Source of the DNA: Rhodospirillaceae bacterium
GTDB lineage: Bacteria; Pseudomonadota; Alphaproteobacteria; GCA-2721365
DNA length: 64,000 nucleotides
Assembly: GCA_002721365.1 (NCBI GenBank)
Contig: PBKC01000037.1
Location: forward strand, 29,501 to 93,500
Reading direction: 5' to 3'
Shown here: positions 8,617-16,563 of the stretch, piece by piece
Layout: each line of letters starts with the position of its first letter
Position numbering within the stretch: the first letter of the stretch is position 1
Notes under the pieces: generated by a model
Told to the model about the DNA's origin: nothing
Database searches by the model: none
The model's input: the letters and a program-made list of their open reading frames with translations, nothing else
Program-made: the position numbers and the translations under genes

Positions 8617-10143
8617 TCATCGATCGTGCTCCGGGGTGTTTGAACGCCTTGGCTCTGCTGAGCGGCGGTCTCTGAATTCCTGCAAGCGCGAAGCGACGTC
8701 ACGCTCCGGCTCCGGTTGCTTCGACGGCTGCGCTGTCGGTCCCGCAGGCGCTTCGCGGAGAGCGACCAGCCGCTCGAAGTGATCCCGGAGGGGCGGCAGG
8801 GCGGCTTCCGCCTCTCGGCCCGATTGCGAAGCTGGCGGCCTTTCCGCGGCTTGCTCGACGGCCGGGCCGGCTGATCTGGTCGGCCCTTTCTCCGGCGGCA
8901 CCTTCTCCGACAGCGTCTTCTTCGTCGCCGGTGCGAACGCCTGGCGCAGCTGGTTTCGATCGTGCCGGAGTTCACACAATAGGTCCGCCTGCCGCTGCCG
9001 CCCTTCGCGCAGCTGCACCTGTAGTTTCTGGCGCTCCTGCAACTGCGTACTGACCAGTGCATCGCGCTGCTCCCGGTCGCGCCGCAGGGCTGCATAGGAT
9101 TCGAGCTCGTTCTGCTTCCTTAGCCGGGCGTGCTGGCCGGTCATCCGGTCCCAGAGACCGCGAAAGCCCTTGTTGAACCGCTCCTGGCGCTCGCGGATTT
9201 CTGCCGCCCACCGCTCCTTCTGCGTCGCATCGAGCCGCTGACGCTCGGCTGCATGGGAGGCTGCCATCTCGCGGCGGCGCAGTTGGAGCTGCATTGTCTC
9301 GGCCGCATGCTTCGTCCGGGCTTCGTCGGCATGACGATTGAAGGCCTGCGTCATGTCCTGCGCCATGTGCGCCTTCGCCTCAATGACGCTTGGCAGGGTG
9401 TCCGGCTCGCCGAGCTTCGCACGGACCTCCTTTGCCTTCTTGTCGGTGTAGCGGGCGACGGACAGCACCTCACCCTGATGCGTCACCGCCACATGCCCGC
9501 GCCGGTCGCCCTTCGCGAGGAGGATGCCGCGCTCGTTCAGCGCCTGCTCGAAGGCGGCGCGGGAGTCCGAAACCGCCCAGCACTCCTGCATCATCGCCTT
9601 GAGGTCGCGGGCGTTCTCGCCCATGCGCTTGGCCTGCTGCCATTCGGCGAGGGTGAAGTTGCGCGGGTCGCGCGCCTCGCTGTTCATCAGCCCCTTTGGC
9701 ATCCGCCAGTCATGCTCCAGATAGGTCTCCCGGGAGATGTCCCTGAGCTTGGTCTTGAAGTGCGACATGTTGACCGCCGTCATGCTGTCGACGTCGATCC
9801 GGCTCCACACGACATGGGCATGCCGGCGACCTTCCTTCTCGTGGAAGACGATGATGCGGGGCTGATCATCAAGGCCGGTCTTCCGCTCGATCCGGTCGGC
9901 GACCGCCTCGAATGTCTCGACGCTCACCCGCTCGGTCTCGGGTGGGTTGAGCGAGACGGAGAAGAGGAACTGCTTGCACCTGGTGCCGCGGCTCACCGCA
10001 TAGGCTTCCTTCATCGCCCCGACGATGTCGTCGGAGACGAAGCCGCGGACCTCGTGGACCTCGACATGCTCGTTCTCCTCGGTCTTGAGGAGATGCAGAC
10101 CCAATGCCTTGCCGCCGCCGCGCTGGCTCGCCTTGATGATCAT
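8617..10143 (-). CDS. Relaxase/mobilization nuclease (HUH), MOBP-like, with C-terminal coiled coil
   Basis: MIIKASQRGGG start, FSVSLNPP (motif II-like) and HEKEGRRHAHVVWSRID (H-x6-HUH). Directly downstream of a mobC-like gene. Confidence 0.88.
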   Translation of the reverse strand: MIIKASQRGGGKALGLHLLKTEENEHVEVHEVRGFVSDDIVGAMKEAYAVSRGTRCKQFLFSVSLNPPETERVSVETFEAVADRIERKTGLDDQPRIIVFHEKEGRRHAHVVWSRIDVDSMTAVNMSHFKTKLRDISRETYLEHDWRMPKGLMNSEARDPRNFTLAEWQQAKRMGENARDLKAMMQECWAVSDSRAAFEQALNERGILLAKGDRRGHVAVTHQGEVLSVARYTDKKAKEVRAKLGEPDTLPSVIEAKAHMAQDMTQAFNRHADEARTKHAAETMQLQLRRREMAASHAAERQRLDATQKERWAAEIRERQERFNKGFRGLWDRMTGQHARLRKQNELESYAALRRDREQRDALVSTQLQERQKLQVQLREGRQRQADLLCELRHDRNQLRQAFAPATKKTLSEKVPPEKGPTRSAGPAVEQAAERPPASQSGREAEAALPPLRDHFERLVALREAPAGPTAQPSKQPEPERDVASRLQEFRDRRSAEPRRSNTPEHDR

Positions 10144-10146
10144 GGC

Positions 10147-10551
10147 TCAGCGCTCCCGGATGCCGAGGGCATCCATGAGGAGCCGTTTCATGCGGGCGAC
10201 ATCGGCACACGCATTTTGCAGCGAAGCGACGGTATCGGGATCGAGCGGCAGGGCGCCGACCCTTGCAGCTCCGGCGAGTTCGTTCATGCTGTCGGACAGA
10301 CGCGAACTGCCCAGCATGCCGAGCAGTTGCGCGAGCGCCTTGTGATCCTGCACAGGGGCCTTGCCGCGCGTCCGGTGCGGGTTGGTCTTGCTGTCGAAGA
10401 TGCGGGAGCGGATGTAGGTGCCCAGCGGCAGGCCCGCCGCCGCCTGCTCCAGTCGTGCCCGCTCTGCCTCGCTCAGACGGAGAGAGAAGGGCGAAGAGCC
10501 TTTTGCGTTGCGCAGGCTGGCGTGAGGCCGAAAGCTGTTCCTATGGCTCAT
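10147..10551 (-). CDS. mobC: MobC-like relaxosome accessory protein (ribbon-helix-helix)
   Basis: PFSLRLSEAERARLEQAAAGLPLGTYIR (RHH) and L...MNELAGAARVG; its stop is 3 bp before the relaxase ATG. Confidence 0.8.
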   Translation of the reverse strand: MSHRNSFRPHASLRNAKGSSPFSLRLSEAERARLEQAAAGLPLGTYIRSRIFDSKTNPHRTRGKAPVQDHKALAQLLGMLGSSRLSDSMNELAGAARVGALPLDPDTVASLQNACADVARMKRLLMDALGIRER

Positions 10552-10785
10552 AGGAAAGCCCCCCGGGATCAATCCCGGCGGACTTCAGATGCTCGTTCCA
10601 GGTCTCCAGCGTCTCGAAAAGGAGGTTCGAACTCTCCCCGTCGAGGTGCACCACGCTTCTATAAGGATTCGCTCTCCCGCATCTGATGGCTTGGACGTTG
10701 CGCCAATCAGGTCACGCCAAGAGCTTGCGACTAGCCTGTCGACCGGGGGCTATCGACCCGAAGCGCACGCGATTCAGTATCGTGT

Positions 10786-11565
10786 TCACACTGTCGGAAC
10801 GGTCCCTCCGTCGATGAGATATTCGGCACCGGTTATTGCTGCCGCGCGGTCCGATGCCAGAAAGGCAATCAGGCTGGCGACTTCCTCCGGCTTTGCGGGG
10901 CGACCGATGGGTATGCCACCGAGGGCGTCCATAATGATCTTCTTGCCTCCCTCGTAGTCGGTGCCCGCGCCCTCGGCCAGGCGCTCTGCGTATCGAACCG
11001 CGGCTTCAGTCTCGATCCAACCAGGCGCTACCCGCAGCACGCGCACCCCTTTCGGAGCCACTTCTTTCGACAAGGCTTTGCTGTAGGTCGACAGCGCTGC
11101 TTTCGCCGCGGCATAGGCGGTCGTCGACTCCGGCAGCGGTAGCGTGCGCTGGATCGACGATACATGGATGACCACGCCACTTCCTCGGTTGATCATCTGC
11201 GGGACAAGCTGCCGATCCAGTCGAATGGCGGGAAACAGGTTTAGGTAAAGTTCTTTGTGCCAATCGCTGTCGGTCAGCGCCGCAAAGCCTCCGCCTGGCG
11301 CCGAGGAGCCTCCCAGCATGTGCACGAGAATGTCCACGGCGCCGAGACGCTGACATGCGGTTCGGGCTACGATCGCGCTGCCTTCTTCAGTAGCTAGATC
11401 GGCGGCGACGAAAGATTCATCCGATATCGCCTCATGCCTCGATCGCGCGGTGGTAAGGACCTGCGCCCCTAGTTCTCGAAACAGCGCCACGGTTGCCGCA
11501 CCGGTACCCTTGGTTCCGGCAGTGATAAGGGCACGCTTGCCCTTAAATGAGATGAATTCCTTCAT
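10786..11565 (-). CDS. SDR family oxidoreductase
   Basis: [16 protein letters not shown] catalytic motif, [10 protein letters not shown] and [14 protein letters not shown] 11565 overlaps the upstream stop (TGATG). Confidence 0.92.
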   Translation of the reverse strand: MKEFISFKGKRALITAGTKGTGAATVALFRELGAQVLTTARSRHEAISDESFVAADLATEEGSAIVARTACQRLGAVDILVHMLGGSSAPGGGFAALTDSDWHKELYLNLFPAIRLDRQLVPQMINRGSGVVIHVSSIQRTLPLPESTTAYAAAKAALSTYSKALSKEVAPKGVRVLRVAPGWIETEAAVRYAERLAEGAGTDYEGGKKIIMDALGGIPIGRPAKPEEVASLIAFLASDRAAAITGAEYLIDGGTVPTV

Positions 11566-11885
11566 CACCGGATCTCCAGTGCAACAATCTTGTTGCTCTT
11601 GATGGTGAAGAAGAATTCCAGCACAACCGGACTGTTCGGAAAGTCTCCGCTGACCTTCGCGCGCACGCGAATCCTGTCGTCCGCTGCAGTCGTCTCGATA
11701 GGTTCGTTGACGTGATGGGTCTGCTCCTTCGCGCTCACCCACCATTTCCGGATTTCGTGGACACCTTGATGACAGGCGCGCTCGTCCTCGACCACGGCGT
11801 CAGCGGAGAACAGTGCGACAAGTGCGTCGGCATCGTTGCGCCTATCAGCTTCGAAATAGGCACTTATGACTTTGGGCATTTCCAT
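11565..11885 (-). CDS. SnoaL/NTF2-like protein
   Basis: [10 protein letters not shown]...G...IR.W and [13 protein letters not shown]; 106 aa; translationally coupled to the SDR. Confidence 0.85.
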   Translation of the reverse strand: MEMPKVISAYFEADRRNDADALVALFSADAVVEDERACHQGVHEIRKWWVSAKEQTHHVNEPIETTAADDRIRVRAKVSGDFPNSPVVLEFFFTIKSNKIVALEIR

Positions 11886-11938
11886 TGGGGTCTTCCTCGC
11901 AGGCCAAAAACTCTGCCCCCGAAATTAATGCCCTACAG

Positions 11939-11959
11939 TTATCACGATAAGTGGGATAA
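11939..11959. promoter_or_regulatory. Candidate LysR operator dyad TTATC-N11-GATAA
   Basis: Inverted repeat in the AT-rich gap between the divergent SnoaL-SDR and LysR genes. Confidence 0.45.
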
Positions 11960-11990
11960 AATTGCATGTGGTCTTGAAGGAATCGGGATA

Positions 11991-12899
11991 ATGGGTCGCA
12001 CCGGCCTCAACGATCTGGAAGCTGTTATCGCCATAAGCAGAAGAGGGACGTTTCGGGCCGCGGCGATCGACCTGGGAATGTCCACGACTGCGCTCAGCCA
12101 TACCATCGGTAGACTCGAGACGGTTCTTGGCGTCCGCCTGTTCAATCGCACTACGCGTAGCGTATCGCTGACCGACGCGGGCCGACTATTCGTGGAACAG
12201 GTCGGGCCAGCGCTTCAGGACATTCAGGGCGCATTGGGCACGGTACGCTCTCACCGTGAGACGCCATCGGGAACGATCCGGATCAATGCGGCACCGTTTG
12301 CCGCCCGCGAGATCATCTCGCCGCTGGTATTTGAGTTTCTTCGCCGCTATCCGGACATGAACGTCGATCTGGTTACCGAGGGACGACTGGTAGACATCGT
12401 CGCCCAAGGCTTTGATATGGGTGTGCGTGTCGCTGGCCTTGTTCCGACCGATATGATCACCGTGCCGCTCGGCCGCCCGCAGAGATATGCCATCGTTGGG
12501 TCCCCTCATTACTTCAGGGCTCATGGGAAGCCGCTCGTTCCCCCCGATCTCCTCAACCACCAATGCATACGCGTACGATTGCCGGATGGGACAATGTTCC
12601 GGTGGCGATTCGAGAAGGACGGAGAGGCGGCTCAGATCGATGTGCGCGGAGCCCTTACACTTGATGAAACAAGCCTCGCACGAGCCGCGGTTCTAGAGGG
12701 TATCGGCATAGCCTGTTTCATGGAGCAGAGTGTCATTTCAGACATCGAAGAAGGACGCCTGGTCCGCGTGCTGGAAGACTGGACGCCGCCCTTCCCCGGT
12801 CTTTGCCTTTACTACCCGGGGCGCCGAAACCTGTCGGCTGGGCTAAGGGCCTTCCTGGCATTGGCTCGCGAACTCGCGAAAGTTGGCGGCAGAAGGTAG
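11991..12899 (+). CDS. LysR family transcriptional regulator
   Basis: N-terminal [26 protein letters not shown]...[15 protein letters not shown] plus substrate-binding domain. ATG 11991 preferred. Confidence 0.93.
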   Translation: MGRTGLNDLEAVIAISRRGTFRAAAIDLGMSTTALSHTIGRLETVLGVRLFNRTTRSVSLTDAGRLFVEQVGPALQDIQGALGTVRSHRETPSGTIRINAAPFAAREIISPLVFEFLRRYPDMNVDLVTEGRLVDIVAQGFDMGVRVAGLVPTDMITVPLGRPQRYAIVGSPHYFRAHGKPLVPPDLLNHQCIRVRLPDGTMFRWRFEKDGEAAQIDVRGALTLDETSLARAAVLEGIGIACFMEQSVISDIEEGRLVRVLEDWTPPFPGLCLYYPGRRNLSAGLRAFLALARELAKVGGRR

Positions 12900-13035
12900 A
12901 GCGACGCTGAGGAGGTAATGCCCTTCGAGGCTGGCTCAAAGCGATGCTCCCTTTTCAAGGATACCATTCCCCTCGACCAGTTCGAATCCCTTGCACGAGC
13001 GTCGTCTCTCGACGGTGCCATCAGCGAAGTAGTCG

Positions 13036-13161
13036 TCAGGCGACGAGCTTTTCCTGTTGCGCGAACGGGCTCAGTCCCAACCATGTCTGCATGGTATTGG
13101 CCAGATCGGTATGCCCGAGCAGGGTCAGCTCTTCCTTGTCGGCCGCCTGGGCGACGGTCTC
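13036..13161 (-). pseudogene. C-terminal remnant resembling HxlR (wHTH)-SCP2 regulators
   Basis: Translates ETVAQAADKEELTLLGHTDLANTMQTWLGLSPFAQQEKLVA*. The MQ.WLGLSPFA ending matches this family as recalled. Preceded by an in-frame TAA (13162-13164). Confidence 0.5.
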
Positions 13162-13242
13162 TTATCGCTCGGAACCGTCGTCTCCGAAGACGCCTTCCGG
13201 CGAGCTCCTTGACGAAGATGAAGAGCCTCCGGCAAAGCGGGC

Positions 13243-16200
13243 TCACCCGATGCCGATACCATCGTCCTCCTCGTCTTCCTCATCTTCCTCGTCACCATCG
13301 TCGTCCAGAAGCGGCAGGGTCGCGCGGCTCTCCAGCAGGGCCGTCATCTCGTCGGCCGGCAGGGGGCGGGCGAAGTAGAAGCCCTGCATCTGATCGCAGC
13401 CCAATGCCATGTAGTGGGTGATCTGCTCTTCGGTCTCGATGCCCTCGGCGAGGACGCGGAGGCCGAGTTCCTGGGCCAGACGGACGGTCGCGCGAACGAT
13501 CGCGGCGCTGTTGTGGTCGATCGTCATGCCCTGGGTGAAACGCTGGGCGATCTTCCCCCGCCGCGCCGGATAGCGGCGCAAATGGGCCATCGACGACGCG
13601 CCGGTGCCGAAATCGTCGATGGCGATGCGGACGCCGAGAGCGCCCAGCCGCTCCAGAAGCTTCTGCCGCTGATCCGAGGAGTCGGCGATCACGCTTTCCG
13701 TCAGCTCCAATTCAAGCAGGTCCGCCGCGAGACCGGACGATTCGAGCACTTCCTCGATCGCGGCCAGGAACGCGTCCTCGCGGCGCAACTGGATCGGCGA
13801 GATGTTGACGGCGACGACGTCGGGGGCGATTCCCGCCTGGCGCCACGCGGCGGCCTGGTTGCAGGCCAGCTCGAGGATCCGGCGTCCCAGGGTGCCGATC
13901 ATGCCCATGGTCTCGGCCGCGTCGAGGAAGCGTCCCGGCGGGATCAGTCCTTCCTTCGGGTGGTTCCAGCGCACCAGGGCCTCGCAGCCGGTGATCCGTC
14001 CCGACGGCCATGCCACCTGGGGCTGGAAGTGCAGCAGAAGTTCGTCCCTCTCGATCCCACGCCGCAGATCCTGGGTGAGCGTCATGCGGTCATGGACCAC
14101 CTTGTCCATGTCCTCGCTATGGAAGCGGAACGTGCGACGGCCGCGGCGCTTGGCTTCGTAGAGGGCGAGATCGGCCTGGGTCAGCAGGGTCTCGGTGTCG
14201 GCCTCGTCCGGCGACGACATGACGATCCCGAGGCTGCACCCCATCGCGATCTCGCTTTCCCTGATCGTCGCCGGCGTCGAGAGCTGGTCGAGGATCTTCT
14301 GCGCCAGCGCGGCGGCGTCGGCCGGTGACGCGGTGCCCGGCTGAAGCACCGCGAACTCGTCGCCGCCGAATCGGGCCACCGCATCCATGGCGCGCGTGCT
14401 GGACCGCAATCGTTCCGCGACCGTGCGCAGCAGTTCGTCGCCGGCCGAATGGCCCAAGGTATCGTTGATGTCCTTGAAGTGGTCGAGGTCGAGGTAAAGC
14501 ACGGCGAAACCGCCGCCCTCGCGTTTCAGGCGCTGTTGCTCCAGCTCCATACGCTCCATGAAGGAGTTCCGATTGAGAAGTCCCGTCAGGGCATCGAAGC
14601 GGGCGAGGTAACCCACGCGCTCCTCGGCGCGCTTTCGTTCCGTTATGTCGACGACGCTCATCGCGACATGGCGGGATGAGCGGACGGTGTGCGGGACCCG
14701 CATCGACACCAGCCCCGTGATCTCCGTGCCGTCGGTGGCGGTCAGGGTGAGCTCGGTGCGGAAGAATTCCTGCCGGGCCCAGATCGCCGCCAAGATCTCC
14801 GGAAAGACGGCGTCGATTCCCGGTGCTTCCAGGTTCGGTATCGCAGCCGGAAGACAGGCGCGCGCGTCGTCGCCGATCAGGGGCAGGCAGGCGTCGTTGA
14901 CGCTGACCACCCACGCCAGCCGACGTAGCGCCGCCAGGGTTTCCGGGATTGCCGCGAGATGGGCTTCCAGGTCCGCGACGCCGGACGCGCGCATACGGTC
15001 CAGCTCCGCCAGCACGCGGGAAAAGTCGACCTCCCAGACACAAACGTCCAGACCGTTGAAGATGTGCTCGAAACGCCGTTCGCTCTCGGCCAGGGCATGT
15101 TCGACCTGCTTACGCTCGGTCACGTCGACGGCGATGCCTTCGACCACGGTGGCGCCGTCGCCGTCGCGCAACACCATGACGCTGTCTTCGATCCAGTGAA
15201 TCTCGCCGTCGCTGTCTCGAAGCCGGTATTCAGCGGTGAAGGTGGACTCACCCGCGTCCACAGCCTGTCTGAACCTGCTGTGAACACGCGGCGCGTCGTC
15301 GGGATGGATGGCTTCGGCGAAAAGCGAAGGACGCTCGATCAGATCGCCGGGCCGGTAGCCCAGACGGTCCACGTTGTCCGACACGAAAAGCATTTTCAGC
15401 GTGGCGGCGTCGGCCCGATAGAGAACCGCCCGGCTCCGCTTGAGGATCTGGTTGGCGGTACGCAAGCGGCCGTCGGCGCCGTCTTGGCGTATCGCCTGGG
15501 CAATTTCACGCGCCAGCTCTTCGATCAGGACCCGATCATCCTCGAGCGTCGCCGCATCGTCCGTATCGTCGAGATAGCCGAGTTCCAGGGTCCCGACAGT
15601 CTGGTCGTCGATGATGACCGGTGCTTTCAACGCGACCGCCGTCGCCCGGCATCGAGGGCTTTCGAAAACAGAATCGGTGAGGGTCAGGCGGACGCAGGCG
15701 ATATCCGGCCGCTGGGACGCCGCCGGCAGCGCTTCCACCAGCCAGGCGAATGTGGCCCGCAAGCTGTCCTCGGGCGTCGCGCGCCGCCGCGAAAACTCGC
15801 CGAGAAGAGAAAGCTGGGCGACCCGCACGCGAAGGGCGCGACCCGTTCGTTCGAGTTCCTTCTGGGTCTGGATGCGGTCGCTCAGATCGGTAACGACGAC
15901 GACGCTTCCCATGAAGTCCCCGGCCTCGTCGAACAGGGGCCGCGGCGACATATGGACGATGAGCGGCGCGCCGTCCTTGCGCTCCAGCGTGATCTCGTAA
16001 GGCGTCTCGTCTCCGACTGCCCGTTGCGAGAACAGCCGGATGGCATGCTCCCGCTCGGACGGAACGACGAAATCGGGGCCGAAGCGGCCGATCAGCTCCG
16101 AAGGCTCGTAGGCCAGCATCTCGGCCAGACGGTTGTTGACGTAAACCACCCGCTGGTCGCGGTCGGCCCGGAACAGGCCATCGTTCATCTGCTCGACGAG

Positions 16201-16257
16201 GGCGCGGAACAGCGTAGCGGCCTCGGTTTGAGGAAGCGTTCGCTGGGCGGCGCTCAT
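13243..16257 (-). CDS. Cytoplasmic multi-PAS GGDEF-EAL diguanylate cyclase/phosphodiesterase
   Basis: PAS/PAC repeats ending DITERK/DVTERK; RAMD I-site with GGDEF; EALVRW, DDFGTG and AEGIET; acidic C-terminal tail. Confidence 0.93.
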   Translation of the reverse strand: MSAAQRTLPQTEAATLFRALVEQMNDGLFRADRDQRVVYVNNRLAEMLAYEPSELIGRFGPDFVVPSEREHAIRLFSQRAVGDETPYEITLERKDGAPLIVHMSPRPLFDEAGDFMGSVVVVTDLSDRIQTQKELERTGRALRVRVAQLSLLGEFSRRRATPEDSLRATFAWLVEALPAASQRPDIACVRLTLTDSVFESPRCRATAVALKAPVIIDDQTVGTLELGYLDDTDDAATLEDDRVLIEELAREIAQAIRQDGADGRLRTANQILKRSRAVLYRADAATLKMLFVSDNVDRLGYRPGDLIERPSLFAEAIHPDDAPRVHSRFRQAVDAGESTFTAEYRLRDSDGEIHWIEDSVMVLRDGDGATVVEGIAVDVTERKQVEHALAESERRFEHIFNGLDVCVWEVDFSRVLAELDRMRASGVADLEAHLAAIPETLAALRRLAWVVSVNDACLPLIGDDARACLPAAIPNLEAPGIDAVFPEILAAIWARQEFFRTELTLTATDGTEITGLVSMRVPHTVRSSRHVAMSVVDITERKRAEERVGYLARFDALTGLLNRNSFMERMELEQQRLKREGGGFAVLYLDLDHFKDINDTLGHSAGDELLRTVAERLRSSTRAMDAVARFGGDEFAVLQPGTASPADAAALAQKILDQLSTPATIRESEIAMGCSLGIVMSSPDEADTETLLTQADLALYEAKRRGRRTFRFHSEDMDKVVHDRMTLTQDLRRGIERDELLLHFQPQVAWPSGRITGCEALVRWNHPKEGLIPPGRFLDAAETMGMIGTLGRRILELACNQAAAWRQAGIAPDVVAVNISPIQLRREDAFLAAIEEVLESSGLAADLLELELTESVIADSSDQRQKLLERLGALGVRIAIDDFGTGASSMAHLRRYPARRGKIAQRFTQGMTIDHNSAAIVRATVRLAQELGLRVLAEGIETEEQITHYMALGCDQMQGFYFARPLPADEMTALLESRATLPLLDDDGDEEDEEDEEDDGIGIG

Positions 16258-16478
16258 GTGATCCTCATCCCTCGACCGTTCGTATGAGTGATGTTGCGGT
16301 GTGTCCGCCGACCGTGGAATGCAAGCGTGCCCTCACCCCTACCCGCCGCTATTCAAGCCAAACGTGCGCGCCAGAATTCGCCGCAGGTAAATATTGACGA
16401 GCCCGACGTGATTTCAATTCTATTTGACAATGTTTTAAGAAATGGATGACAGGGTCGCCGCCGCAAAAGAATACAGCC

Positions 16479-16495
16479 AGTTTCAGTCTGAAACT
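16479..16495. promoter_or_regulatory. Perfect dyad AGTTTCAG-T-CTGAAACT in AT-rich divergent promoter region
   Basis: Read directly; flanked by direct repeats ATTTGACAAT at 16422-16431 and 16516-16525. Confidence 0.5.
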
Positions 16496-16563
16496 CATTA
16501 TCATTTGCGGTGAAAATTTGACAATTAGCAATACCAACATGTCCAAAAAATGAACTAGGGGAA

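Larger units (their letters stand above)
1..13165. mobile_element. Decayed mobilizable genomic island / integrated plasmid segment with copper-resistance cargo (left end outside window, right end approximate)
   Basis: mobC plus relaxase, a metal-resistance cluster and several truncated gene remnants (5.5-5.9, 7.0-7.5 and 13.0-13.16 kb). Intact host-like genes resume after 13.2 kb. No integrase is visible in the window. Confidence 0.6.

Noticed and set aside
5494-10732. 11-bp match AGCTTGCGACT at 5494-5504 and 10722-10732 as a possible target-site duplication
   Set aside because: A match this short can arise by chance, and the first copy is better explained as part of the copA promoter.
12970-13000. 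GTTCGAATCCC resembling a tRNA T-loop or att-site remnant
   Set aside because: No paired T-stem, acceptor stem, CCA end or cloverleaf around it; too short to support a call.
16258-16563. Possible c-di-GMP riboswitch or CtrA box between the GGDEF-EAL genes
   Set aside because: No GEMM P1/P2 tetraloop-receptor architecture and no complete TTAA-N7-TTAA site.
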